This document shows positions 12,791-26,745 of a stretch of 64,000 nucleotides of DNA, piece after piece. The position numbers were made by a program, and so were the translations under genes. Location of the stretch: contig NC_043006.1 in the NCBI RefSeq assembly GCF_006345805.1, forward strand, positions 90,272,001 through 90,336,000. Direction: 5' to 3'. The notes under the pieces were generated by a model. That model ran no database searches. It saw only the letters and a list, made by a program, of their open reading frames with translations, and was not told the DNA's origin. Numbering within the stretch: position 1 is the first letter of the stretch; the number at the start of each line of letters is the position of its first letter. The stretch comes from Octopus sinensis. Lineage: Eukaryota.

Positions 12791-12807
12791 TTTATGTATA
12801 TATGTAT

Positions 12808-13005
12808 AGGGAGAGTTTACGAAAAAAACAAAAGACGAAGACAGGGGATGTACAAAACAAACAGATGTATTAGTATAATGCTCAGGAATAGAAAAAGTCT
12901 TTTACGTTTCGAGCCTATGCTCTTCTACAGAAAGGGACACAGAAAAAACAAGGAGAGAAACAAGGAGTGAAAAAAATGTGTGTTGTGGCTAACGATCAAT
13001 CATGG
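12808..13005 (-). mobile_element. ~200-bp PLE terminal fragment
   Basis: Paralog of 6985-7190; contains an HHR motif. Confidence 0.65.
12899..12937 (-). ncRNA. Minimal hammerhead ribozyme (A6 substituted)
   Basis: Minus strand reads CTTT-CTGTAGA-A-GAGC-atag-GCTC-GAAAC-GTA-AAAG, with a palindromic ACGT stem III. Confidence 0.6.
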
Positions 13006-15936
13006 TGACACAGACATACATTCACACTCCTGCATATATACAAACATATGCATATCCATATAAAAAAAGGGACACGTGCATGATAGTCGCACATATGCAC
13101 TGGACACAGTTTTACTCATATATATACACATGCAAACGCACACATGTGATATAGTCTTATATGGAAACATCTACATATATATACATGCATGCATACGTAC
13201 ATACATTTATGCGTACATATGCTGTTAGTGGAAAATATAATTAATTTTGTCAATGTTTGTCTAATCATCATCATTCTTGATTTTTAGTAAAAATGGAAAA
13301 TGTAATTAATAAATTGAATAGACTCCTGCGTCAACTTTTTTTTATATTGTTTTAACTTCTTTGTTACTAACATAATAATGTATATGAGAGATTTTACAAA
13401 ATTTTATATTTGAAATTTAATTCTGAAAACCAAATGATTCTCTGAAATCATTTTGAAGTTTATTATACATGCAAAAAAAAAAAAAATGCTGAGCATGACA
13501 AAAGAATTTTTTTATTAAACTTAGTTGTCTTTCATGATGATGATGATCAGCTTATTTGTTTATTTATTAATTAATTCACAGGCTCATAATCCACTACACA
13601 GCATTTCCAAATATTTTGAAATATAAAGTATACATCTCTTTAAGAGACATACAATTTTCACTTCCCCATGAGAGTAAATAAAGTATTTGTAGCAAGAGGG
13701 TTTAGCTTTTAGGGAGAGGGCTGAAACAAAAAGCTTCCATATGACTATTTCTAGCCTTGTCAGATCGTCATTGGTGAAACTGAAATGGAAGGAATACCAC
13801 AAGGAATTTTCTTTGATGCTCTTTCTAATGCACTGGATGCCTTTTATATGCCACCAATGCTCTGGATGTCACCAAACAGCTGACAAGACAAAGACCTTCA
13901 AAACATAAAAAGCAGCCAGTACACTCAGTAAAGTGGTTGGTGCCAGGAAGGGCATCCAGCCATACAACCCATGCCAAAATAGACATAGAATCTGGTGGAG
14001 GTCTTCTGGCTTGTCTGTTCCACTCAAACCATCCAAACCATGCCAATATGGACAAAAGGATGTTGATGATGAATATATATATATATCACATACATATATA
14101 TATATGCATATGTGTATGTATACATACACATACACACACACACATATATGACAAGCATTTTTACACAGTTTCCAGTCAGCCAAACAACCAAATTTAGTCA
14201 TTCACAGAACATTGATCAACCCCAAGGGTGTAATAAGAGACACTTGCTCAAGGTGTCAAGCAGCTGCAAACTAAAAGCCCTAGCCCCACTCAACCACACC
14301 TGAGTTGAAATGTTTCAGGAAAAAAAAGATAAATAAATAAAACACAAAAAAATGTATGATCAAGCATATATAAACATGTAATAATCTGTATTGTAAAATA
14401 CCGTTCTATTCAAATGTTTCAGCCCCACAATATTTATGCAATGTTTCTTTGTAGTAATTTGTGGTGAATATTTAATGGAAATATCGAATGCAAATCAATA
14501 AATCCTACATTAACTATTTAAAAAAAGAATAAAAATTAAAAATTAAAACCTTTTCTCGAAAATTTTATTCAGCTTGAAAACTTTTCCAAAAGCTGAGATA
14601 TTGATACCTGATTCCGAAAACAAAAATATATAGAATATTTTCTAAAATCCCATATATTTTAAGTGAAGTTCACATTCTGTTAAATGTGAGGATAACTTCT
14701 TTGTTATATGAGGAATCAATGCGAGTTTTGTTGCTTTATATTGCAACTGAAAGAAGTGAATTTTCTTGAAAATAATTCACTTTATATACTTTGATATGGT
14801 TGTATCAATTGTTAAAATGAAGCTATAATTTCTATTATGAATCAAGAAACAATGATATAAGATATAAATTACCTCTTTTAGAGAGAGAGAGAAACATCAA
14901 GAAAGAAAACTGAACAAAAATTTCAAGAAAATAAAATAAAATAAAACTTTGATCAACTTAGCCTCGTATATGAAGACATAATATTTATTTTCATTTCATT
15001 TCACTTTTGGACTGCGCAACCAGAAACCATACCGAATGAAATTCATTCTAGTAAATGTAACAATACTTCTTATGTATCGAACGAAATTCCTTCGACTGAA
15101 GCTTATACAACAGAAGATGTTTACTACACTAACTTCAAACATAGTGACAGAAAAACTAAAATAAATCCAAAAACCAAACAAATATGGATATCGTAGAAAG
15201 ATTTCATCGTAGTTCTTTGAGAGAGAGAAAAAAAAATAGCCAGAATAGAGTTATCAATGACAGAAAACTCCTACTAAAAATGATACTTTATCTGCTTGCG
15301 AGAATGACACAAACTTGGTATTCAAAATCAATGATAAAACTTCTATACACTGCAGATAGCTTTGATCACGAAAGAAAAAGTAAATAAATGCCACTTTATA
15401 GATGCAAAGTTGCTGCCACATGTGAGGTATCTTTTACATAAAATGGTGGCAGAAATGTTAGTGAGAATTCAATGTTTTCGAAATGATTTGCTAGTATTGT
15501 AATGAACTTTTTTCCCTACATTTTAGCTGTGATATATAGCATTATTGTTTGTGGTCAATGTTTTAACAATATTTTTTCTTGCACATTAAAGGTTTCTATG
15601 AATATTCAACACATTGAATTCTGTCATTAGAGCTGAAAATATATTGTAACTTTGCAAAACAGTCATTGATATAGATGTAGCAGAACAGATGTGTGCTAAG
15701 CAGCCAATGTAAAATCATAAAGTACATTGAGATATAACATGCTAAAACTGGAGGAGAGATAAAATAGCCAGAGAGCCTGCAATAACATCAAAGGGGATTT
15801 TTTCAAGGTCTAAATGATTACAAGATATACCTATACCTGTATCAATATTTATATCACATGATCATGTGATCAACCAGACTACCAGATATTGTTATACGTC
15901 ACTAGTCACAATGCACTTTACATTAGATATATATAC

Positions 15937-16249
15937 ATCACGTGATCACGTGACCGACCAGGCTATCAGATGTTGCTACACATTGCTGGTCACAATGTGC
16001 TTCACATTGTTTTAGCCTTCAAATGACACCACTCTGCTGGCTAAGTGAGCAGGCCAAACAGAAGAAAGAGTGAGAGAAAGTTGTGGCGAAAGATTACAGT
16101 AGGGATCGCCACCACTCCCTGCCGGAGCCTCGTGGTGCTTTTAGGTGTTTTCGCTCTCTAAACTCTCACAATACCCGGTCTGAGAATCGAAACTGCGATC
16201 CTACAACCACGAATCCGCTGCCCTAACCACTGGGCCATTGTGCCTCCAC
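15937..16249 (-). mobile_element. tRNA-derived SINE (a second partial tail lies at ~15853-15920)
   Basis: Minus-strand head has A box TGGCCCAGTGG and B-box-like GTTTCGATTC; the tail is (CACGTGAT)n. The same tail occurs at ~54290-54395. Confidence 0.85.
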
Positions 16250-16481
16250 AGATATATGTATATATAAGTAATATTTGTAGCCACTTTAACATGGCTTTCT
16301 GTATGAGCAGACTCTACTGCAATTTTTTTAACCCCGAGAGGACCTCTCCTCTTGCTGGTTAATGATGCACAGCTGCAGCCGATAAAATTGCGAGCAGTGG
16401 GGGCGGACCCCTACCATCCCCTAGCGACGGGACCAGATCAGTACAACTATTCCTAGGATTTTAGAACTAGCACTTCTGCTT

Positions 16482-16487
<6 letters not shown>

Positions 16488-16516
<29 letters not shown>

Positions 16517-16705
16517 TGTATTTATGTATGTATGTATGTATGTATGTATGTATGTATGTATGTATGTATGTATGTATGTATGTATGTATGTATGTATGTA
16601 TGTATGTATGTATGTATGTATGTATGTATGTATGTATGTATGTATGTATGTATGTATGTATGTATGTATGCATGCATGCATGCATGCATGCATGTATGTA
16701 TGTAT
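16488..16705. repeat. (ATTT)n followed by long (ATGT)n and (ATGC)n tetranucleotide microsatellite
   Basis: Read directly from the sequence. Confidence 0.97.
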
Positions 16706-17069
16706 AGACAAACAGACAGACAAATTCAGATATAGATGCACCAATTTCTACTGCTCTAGATCTTGCATTTTTAAGTTGTTTATCTTTTAGCTCTGACTAA
16801 ACAGAAACACAACCGGAAACATTCTGGTCAGGAATCTTCCAGCTTTTATTCCAGACTTTCTATATCGAAGACAACATTACCAAAAGAGTTTCTTATTCAT
16901 ATTCATGTGGCAATGAAGGATCTGAGGAACACCTTTGGTTAATATTCCTAGCAAGCTCAACAATTCCATAGGAGTGCCTTCATAAACTCAAAGTGCTACT
17001 GCCAGAATTATCAAAATCAACTCACAGAAGTTTTACTTTCACTGACCATTAGATATCTTTTGATATCTA

Positions 17070-17370
17070 ATGGTTAAGAAGCTTGCTTCCTTATCAAGTG
17101 ATCTTTATTTCAGTCCTCTTGCATAGAACCTTGGGCAAGTGTCTTCTACTATAGCCCTGGCCAACCAAAAACTTATAAGTGGGTTTGATAAATGGGAAAT
17201 TAAAAAAACACATCATAATCATCAACGGGTTGGACATGCACATGCATACACACACGTGCATATACATAGAAATGTGCATGTGTGTGTGTATGTGTGTGTG
17301 TACTCTTGTCTAGACACCGTGCGAGGGTTGTAAATGAGCATCACCATCACACAAGCACAATTGTTTCTTT
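17070..17370 (+). mobile_element. SINE (ccttgggcaagtgtcttc family), degenerate
   Basis: Similar to 42541-42975. Confidence 0.7.
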
Positions 17371-17689
17371 CCATTCTTTCATGAAGACCGAGTCTGGTGG
17401 GTGGGTGGATGGGGGAATATTATCTTGCTTCGAAACAGGTGAGGGTTGACATCATTAAGGGCATCCAGCCATAGAAAATCTACCTCAACAAATTCTATCT
17501 GATCATATAAGCATAGAAAAAGGCTGTTAAAGTGATGATGATAGCAATTAGGATATACAGAAGAGATCGTAGTAGATGCCATATGGCAGCATCACTTAAT
17601 CATCATTTGCCCAAGTTGTCGTGAGATCAAACTGAGAACTTGATGGTGGCAAAGCAAACTTGTTGACCATTTGGTCACTCTACACTGAC

Positions 17690-17822
17690 CGACCAACTGC
17701 TAACGTTAGCCTCAAATAACCAGGCCTGGTTGGCGTTTGTGAGAGATGCAGCACTGAGGATGAATGAAGCCAGCACAACCCACCCCGGGTGAATGCTGTC
17801 TCAAGTCAAGTCAAGTCAAAAG
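17690..17822 (+). mobile_element. RTE LINE 3' end with (CAAGT)n tail
   Basis: Encodes ...GWLAFVRDAALRMNEASTTHPG*, followed by caagtcaagtcaagtcaa. Confidence 0.6.
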
Positions 17823-20246
17823 TCTACACTGAACCATTGATGAAAACGGAGTTTAACAGACATGTGTTGACCCAAGGTCAATCTGAGGATACAAAAGATG
17901 ACCACTGCCCAAGGTACTATGCAGTGGTACTGAACCCAAGCCTAAGATTACAAAGCAGCCTTATTACCCAAGCAGCCATACCATTCAAACTGACAAATAC
18001 AGACTCCACCATTTCACATTCTGTAAATAGAAAGCTTCACATTTTGAAGAATGTTTGCTTTCTTCCTTCATAAAATAAATACACTGCAGGTGTTGCCCAA
18101 TGTTGGTAGGGGTCTCTGCTGGTCCCTGGTTTCAATCAGAATACCAGGTTATATTGGATGAGGTGTTACAGTGGCCTATGTGTTACAGCAAACTGTGTTA
18201 CAGTAAACTATTTGTTACATTGAAATATGCATGATAGAATCCTGTGTTACTCGAAACTGTGATTCAGTAAAGAGTGTGTTACAATAAACTGTGCATTACT
18301 CTGACGTATAAGCTACAGTAAAGAGCTGCATGTAATATTATATATTATCATAAATTATATTAAACTTTGTCCCAAGTTTAGTTTCAGTTCCCGGCTGGAA
18401 TTGTTTCATTCACATTAGTTTTACTAAAAGCTTCAGGAAAGCATCTCCTACTCCCTCCACCTCCACTTGTCAATATTCCTAGGATTAATTTGTCTTTGAA
18501 ACAATTCCTTATTTTCTACTTATTTCAGAGAAGATATCGAAGAGAAGACTTCTGTTAAATTCTACAGAGGATTTCAAAGAGTTGCATTCGTCTTCAAGCA
18601 CTGATTGAAATAGAACATAATGTTTCAGTAATTAACCATACTTTTCAGTCTTTGGCATTTGGGTTGAACTAGAATCAGCAAATAATTGTCTGTGAAATCC
18701 CTATTCTCCTTTAATTCAATCACAAGAACACAGACAGTTACATCCTCCAGGAACCAACATAATCCAATGTACTGTCTGTTTGCTTATTTTTCAATTTGTT
18801 TTCAGATGACAATCTTTCCCCCACAACCAACCTTGATCGATAGAACACTGCACACTGCTGTCCTAAGTATGAAGCCAGCATTCTATCATCAATCTAGCTT
18901 GGGAGTTGAAGAAAGTAGATAGAATCGGTCAATAAAGTCAGTTGAAATCTATGTAAAACTGATAAAGGAAAATAAAACCTTACAGTCTCCCGTAGACAAC
19001 AGAAAGAGAAACCTATAAAAAAATTACGGTTTTTATTTAAATTTTTTCATTTCTTTTTTAACAGTAGGATTTTTTTGTTTGTTTATCACTAAATACAAAC
19101 ACAGTTTCTATTCACCGTCTCTCATTCAATAAAGTTACTAAACAAAGAAAGAAACAGACATAAAATGTCAAGAGACTGCAATAGTTTGAAGAACTTGCAG
19201 TAAAATATTTCTAGAGATAATTCCTAAAACATACCTAAAACGAGAATGAAACAAAGACATTTATGTCAGAATATGGCTTTGTTTGTGTTTTTCTTTTTAT
19301 TATTTTTTTAAGGTGGGGATGTGTGAGTGTAGGATGTGGGGGAGAGAGATTCAGTAAACATTTACCAAATAGGGGACAAGTATGAAATGGGGAAGGCATG
19401 GCAGAGTGGTTAACAATTTGGCTTTGTGACCACAGAGTCCAGGGTTCAATTCCACAGTGTATTTCTTTAAGCAAGTGTCTTCTACCTTGCCTTGTGAGGA
19501 TTTGGTAGACACAAAATGTACTGAAAGACACACACACACACACACACAGATACTGATAATGAACTGAAACGAGCACTAAACACCAAAAATGTAGAAAATC
19601 AATTTCTTAATGGACTTTACATTAAGTTTCTGGTACCAACGGTTTCCTGCTGATAAATTAGTTGGCAATTTTTGAACCAGACACTAAAAGTGACACTCTG
19701 CCATCATGGTCTGTGAGAATCTCTCTCTCCCTCTTCTCTCTCCCTACACACACACACAAGTCTGCATGTGTGTGTGCATAGTACACTTTCTACCGATGTA
19801 TATTGGTACAAGAGGTAAATGTCAGTTATGATGATGATGATGATCATGCTGGGTGCATACAAAGTCAAATTATTCTGTAACATTTATTCTCCCTAAGCTA
19901 CACAAACACTCCCTTCTCACTCTCACTGTTGTAAAACAGTCAGACTCATTGAAATTAGTAATTAATAATGCTATTGTTAAAAAAATAGTGTGTTTCCATC
20001 ATCTTCTTCTTAATGTTCACTTTTCCATACTTGGCTCACATAGAATTCATAGAACTACATTTTTTTGTAGCTAGATATCCTTTCTGTCACCAACCCTCAC
20101 TCATTTCCAAGCAAAGCAATATTTACCCAAGGCCAGGCATGTTTTTGTGGAAGATTGCAAATGACCAATATTCCTCATAAGATGCTGACACTTGTTTACA
20201 TCTCTCACACACTAACAAAACAAGAAAACACCAACACATGCACACA

Positions 20247-20340
<94 letters not shown>

Positions 20341-20483
20341 TGGACTTCTTTCAGTTTCTGTCAAGCAAAATCACTTAAAAGACTTCGATTGGTCTGGGGC
20401 TACAGTTAGAAAACATTTGCCAAAGCAGAGGGACTGAACCAGAAATATAGATCTGGGAAGCAAACAGCCATATAGCTATACCT

Positions 20484-20710
20484 ATTTCGTTACTACCCAC
20501 AAGGGGCTAAACACAGAGGGGACAAACAAAGACAGACAAACGGATTAAGGCGATTACATTGACCCCAGTGCGTAACTGGTACTTAATTTATCGACCCCGA
20601 AAGGATGAAAGGCAAAGTCGACCTCGGTGGAATTTGAACTCAGAACGCAGCGGCGGACGAAATACCGCAAAGCATTTCGCCCGGCGTGCTAACATTTCTG
20701 CCAGCTCGCC
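20484..20710 (-). mobile_element. tRNA-like SINE with 17-bp target site duplication, nested in the head of another SINE
   Basis: GCCATATAGCTATACCT occurs at 20467-20483 and 20711-20727. B-box-like GAGTTCAAATTCC and central gcctttcatcctttcggggtcgataa; a related copy lies at ~61930-62110 (+). Confidence 0.85.
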
Positions 20711-21994
20711 GCCATATAGCTATACCTGTGCCTCTCTCACATACACACACTGTTTCTCTATACACGCACACACACATAACCAAAAAAAAAAAAAAGTAAT
20801 TGCATTCTCATAAGTTAACCTGGATGAATATAGTTACAAGTTCTAATTTTATCATTTATTTCACTTTATATATATATTTTTTTTTATATTTCTGAGTCAA
20901 ACAATGAAATATTCAGTAATTTGAAGATGATAATGAGGCAAATTAATTCGCAAAGTCATTATAGTATCAGTGTAGTCTTTGAGTGAGAAGATAAGAATAT
21001 TGTTGCAGAATAGAAACGGTGGAACTGAAAAACATGGAATTATTGGCAGCTTGTGTTCAAGAAAGTAAATACCGCTTGTGTAATAACAGGCTGCCTTGAC
21101 TTTCGAAAAGATGTTGAAACAGCAACAGAAGATGTCCAAGAATTCACTTTAGAGGGATTTCCCTTCTTTACTGCTGGCTTCACTTTACTAAAACGTTGCT
21201 TGTATGACATTATTTCTTTTGCAAATAAAATCATATACATTCTTCTGAGAGGCTTTCAAAACTTTGATGACGTAAGAAGCAGCACTCTTGGATTCTGTCA
21301 GCTGATAAAATGGCAAAGCAAAGCTCTAAGTTGTGATATTTTTGAACTATTCAGTTAAGATTTAAACATGTCTTCCTCTAATGGAGGCAGTTATTACAAG
21401 GGAGATAACCATTTTTCATATCATTCATCAGGATTAAAAATTTGAATTGAAAGTGATGAACTATGAGGAACAAATACAGAATTCACAAATTAAATGTTTT
21501 CTTGTTTATTTATTTTTTATTACAAAGTTCTTAAAATCTTTAGAAATCATCAGCACATTATGACCTGTGATGTATTAAGTAAGCATTTTATGAAGCGAGA
21601 TATTTCATTGAAGATACAAAACAGTTTGGAGGAAATTCATGGAAAGAACGTTTTTTCTATCCATTTCTTCTTTGAGCATTAACTCAAGTTCTACTGATTC
21701 AGTTTTGTAATTTATCACTTGTAGGTACTAAAAATTGATACACACAAACACACACACCCTTATTACTAGATAATAAAACTGAGGTATGAGAATTTACTCA
21801 GAGTGCCTGGTGTATCGGAAAAAATAATGGGCAGTTATGGTATCATCAGCACAGCAACCTTCTGACAAATTTGACTTATTTTATGCAGCATTTGTTTAAA
21901 CACTGTGCATCCTAGCCATATCTGTGTATCATTAAATATACATTGTCAATATATTTCAGGTGATATATATACACACACACATATATATATAGAT

Positions 21995-23330
21995 CACCTG
22001 AAGAAGTAGTGGTTTCAGGTATGGAAGCAAGGTCTAGAATTGAAGGGTCTTCGAGTTAACCTAACAAAAAAGCAAATTTTTAGTAAGTAGGAAGGCAAAC
22101 AAACCACAAACCCCTTCAGATAGATGACCCTGCTTGATCTGTAGGAAAGCTGTAGGTACAAAGATGTACCCATTGTAAGTTATGGAGACAAGAGGTGCAG
22201 CAATATCAGAGGAAGGTTAACAGGTAAAACAGCTTTTGTGTGTGGAAGATGCACAGGTACAATAAATACCGAAAATGTACAGAAAATAGACTCCATCAAC
22301 TGTCAAGGGGTAAGCTAGAGGTATTAGACAGCTTCTGTTATCCAGGTGACCAAGTTAGTAGTGGAGGTGGATGCTCCGAGAGTGTAGCTATGAGAATAAG
22401 AATAGGCTGGGCAAAGTTCAGAGAGCTCCTACTTCTGCTGCCAACAAAGACCTCTCTCTCAGAGTGAAAGGCAGATTGGATGATGCCTGTGTGCAAACAG
22501 CTAAGCTACATGGCAGTGAAACATGGGCTGTGACAGCTGGGTACATGCATAGGCTTGAAAGAAATGAAGCTAGTTTGTTTCACTGGATGTGCAGTGATGC
22601 ATGTTCAACAGAGTATAAACATCCTGAGAGAAAAGTTGGACATAAGAAACATCAGATGTGGTGTGCAAGAGAAACGACTGCGATGGTATGTGCATGTAAT
22701 GCATATGGATGAGGACAGCTGTGTAAAGAAGTACCAATCTCTAACTGTAATGGGAACCTGTGGTAGAGGTAGACCCAGGAAGAGATGGGATGAGGTGATG
22801 AAGCATGATTTGGCCCTCACAGAAACAATGACTAGTGACTGAGACCTCTGGTGACCTGTCAAGTCAAATGAAATCATAGTTATGGCTAGTAGTTATCGTA
22901 GTTAAATAAAATTGTAGTTATGTGCCACTGGCACCAATACCAGTGGCACGTAAAAAGCACCTTTCAAGCGTAGGGCCTCGTGGAGGCAAGGCGGCTGATG
23001 CCAGTGACACATGAAAAGCTCCTTTCGAGTGTTGGGCCTCATGGAGGCAATGACTGAGACCTTTGGCATAATGTTGTGCTTGAGAAGAAGACCCATCAAA
23101 CCGAGCAAAATCATGGTCATACCAGTGTCACACATATGGCACCCTTGCTGGTGGCATGTAAAAGCACTCATTACACTCTTGGAATGATTGGGGTTAGGAA
23201 GGGCATCCAGTAGTAGAAACAATGCCAAATCAGACTGGAGTCTGGTGCAGCCTTCCAGCGTGCCAGCCCTGGTGAAACCGTCCAACCCATGCCAGCATGG
23301 ATAATGGATGCTAAATGATGAAGATGAAGA
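21995..23330 (+). mobile_element. RTE-clade LINE, 5'-truncated, with 3' UTR
   Basis: GLRVNLTK, a Cys-rich insert, EVLDSFCY.GD, RIRIGWAKFREL, LHGSETW, RLRWYVHV and GRGRPRKRW, followed by a repeat-containing UTR ending gatgaagatgaaga. Confidence 0.92.
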
Positions 23331-23672
23331 TATCACTGGCACTTGTGCTGGTGACATATGAAAAACATTCGAGCGAGGTCATTGCCAGTGCCAGAGTAAG
23401 GTCGTTGACTGGTTCCTGTGCAGATGGCACATAAAAAACACCATTTGAGCATGGCCGTTGCCGGTACCACCTGACTGGCCCACATGCCAGTGGCATGTAA
23501 AAGCACCCACTACACTCTCGGAGTGGTTGGCATTAGGAAGGGCATCCAGCTGTAGAAACTCTGCCAGATCAGATTGGAGCCTGGTGCAGCCATCTGGTTC
23601 GCCAGTCCTCAGTTAAATCATCCAACCCATGCCACAATGGAAAGTGGATGTTAAACGATGATGATGATGATA
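23331..23672 (+). mobile_element. Second RTE 3'-UTR/tail copy directly in tandem
   Basis: Same subrepeat motif and (GAT)n tail. Confidence 0.8.
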
Positions 23673-25159
23673 TATAACTATGTATGACTATGAATTTTTG
23701 AAAATATCTAAATGTAATTTCTACTGCACTTTTTCTTGGAGAGCATCCAGAAAGAAACATTTTGATAAGTCATTTGTGAAATTTGGATGAATATTTTAGG
23801 AAATATGACAATCTAAACGATCAGCAAATTGGTCAAGATATTGCCTGACTGGTCTAAATGAATAATTAGCCATATTTGTGATGTGATGTGTTTGAAACCA
23901 AGGTGATAATTGGCTTCAAATTACACTAATTAATAGTGACCATCGTATAAGCAGTTGCCTATGTTTTTCAGGTTCCTGGAAAGAAAACTTTTTTTTTCCT
24001 AATTTTTAAAATATTTATTTAAAGCCTATACATAAAATATGTTACATGTGTAAGTGGGGCTGAGATGGAAACCAACAGTTTAATCCTTAGAACAACTCAT
24101 TGTAGTTAAAAACATTCAACTCTACTACAGAGAAGAAAGAAGCTGGCTCTCACAGGCAATAGATGTACTCAGCATATTGTCAGTTATGGCAATACTTGGA
24201 GGAAGGGGACAATAGTGAAAGAACAATATAAATTCAGAGGAAGAAACAGAAGATAATAAATACAGTGAAAATTAAAACTGAAGAGAAAAAAAAATGTAAA
24301 AATAGGGTTGTCAAAGGAAGACAAATGGTGACTAAGATAGAACAAATTGGTTGACCAATTAAGTTAAAGGAAGAATAGAATGAATAAATGAAAATGAAAA
24401 AATAATGAAAAGTAGTAAGGGATAGACATAAAATGGGAACAAAATAAGGTTTAAAAGAAAGATCAGAGACAGAAAGGACAGGTGAGTAGTTGGAATTTCA
24501 TGCTCTGCTGGTTTTCAGGGATGGCTGTGTATTTTGAACAATGTTGATATGGTATCAACTAAAACATACTGTAAAAAGCATATTAGCAAACACATAGATT
24601 CATATGTGTGTAGTAGCACATACACATTTATACACAGTGGTGTTCAGACACACACATACACAGATACAAACATTTTACACATGTATACACACACATACAC
24701 ACACACACACAAAAAAACTCATAGTAGATTAATAATTAGTTAATTAACTAAAAGGGATTATAATCATAACCAATTGTCTGAAAGTCTAGAACTTACTACA
24801 CATAAAAGAGATACAGGGAGACAATATTACTGCATTTATACTGATTCTGACAAAGTTATGCAACTGGATTTACTATTTTATGAGTCAACATGTATTTACT
24901 GTGTTTGAAATTACATAAATTGAAAGAGAAAACAATGAGCTGAAAGAATATGGATAAATAGCTAAATACAAAGTAATTGAAACCATAAGGTGAATGAGAT
25001 CAGGTAAAATAAGGTGAGATGAAGTTCAAGAAATAAAATCGGGATAGGGGTTGTAAATGCAACCCTCCATGGGATAACATATATCAATATACTGCTAGTG
25101 AAGTACCCAACAAAGTTAATACATAAATGTTAAGGATTGCAATGCAATCAATTCATTTA

Positions 25160-26703
25160 CTGTATTATATGGGCAAAGGTAAAATGATTTACCACAAATT
25201 ATTAATACAAGATAAGAAAATGGAAAAAATACATCTAAATCAAATATCAATTATCAGATAATACTCAATCACATATTTTATTAAACCACCACATAAGAGA
25301 CTGTAGGGTTAAACATAAAAAAGTAGAACAAATCAGTGTACATAAAGGAATGTACATAAAAAAGTGTACATAAAAGAGTAATGTTGTATAATAAGTAGAA
25401 TATATATAAAAAAGAGAATATAAATATAAGTAAATATAAATATAAGTATAGATTACATCTTACAGCTGTTTCAGCCATGTAGATAAGTATGTCTCATTTT
25501 ACCAATATTAGCCTATTATGGTAGGTCAATATATGGATATAAATGAGACATTTACAAAAGTATCATAAGGCCTCTTCGGAGATATACATATGAGTGCATA
25601 TACTCACACCCCTATACATATAAAAATATACATATACATAATAATGCAAATAAATAATATAAATTAGTAAACATATATATGTTCCACATTAAATGTTTCA
25701 GTTTTTCAACTTAATATTGTGATAATAAACATACACATATTAGTACCTAGATGCAAATATACATAGTCAATAGTGCATTATATTACTTCTTACTAATTTC
25801 AAAAGTGTCATTAAAGTTAGCATCATTATCGTTGTCAATACCATTAATGCTACCATCATTATCATTCATAATATTATTAATATCGCTTACATTAGGATCC
25901 AAATTGGCACATATGTATGTCAGGGTTCCATTTAGTAATTTTCCTTATGGCATAAATACACTATTGGATTTGAATTTAAATTATCATTGTCTACCTCATG
26001 GTTGGTCCATTGAGAGCTGCCCCCACACCACACAAGAAAAACATACACATCCACATTCAACCCTAAACCCACACACACATGCACACACACTTGAATAAAC
26101 CCCGACATATTGCTACACATTCACTAGATTGCAGAGTGTATGTCTGTCATTGCATGGCTTATAGACAAATCAGTACAGGCCGCAGTGTCTATACACTAAC
26201 ACACACACTCACACGCACATCCGCATATACTCATAGATATTAATACAATCTCATATACTGTATCAGAGAACATTCGCGCACACATATATATACATATTTA
26301 AATATATGTCTACGCACTCATACGTACAAATAAAACCTATACTTATATCCACCCATGAAAAAATATTTGCATATACATATATACATATCCAAATACGCAC
26401 CTGCGTACTCATATGTATAAGAAAAACATACATCCATACATCCACCCACGAACATACCTATACGTACAAAAACATACATTCGTATACATACACATTTTCA
26501 CACACATCGCCACCTCAACCCACATCCACTAAATCATAAATTAAAAATATATGTCTGCCCATCCCAAAACGAATATATACATACACAAAAAGTAAACAGA
26601 AGTTACTATTAACTTAGATATGAGTTCATTAATTATAAATTAAATTAAATTAATTATAAGTTAGTAAGTGCCAAATAAACAAAAATAAATAATTAAATAA
26701 ATA

Positions 26704-26745
<42 letters not shown>

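Noticed and set aside
16160-16249. tRNA gene
   Set aside because: A/B boxes are present but the sequence continues into a repeated SINE body, and I cannot build a complete cloverleaf. The same holds for the other SINE heads.
21053-21358. 101-aa ORF; likewise 55995-56291 (98 aa) and the open frame at ~15008-15196
   Set aside because: None has a recognisable motif or a convincing splice-site pair. ORFs of this length are expected by chance; a BLAST search would be needed to revive them.
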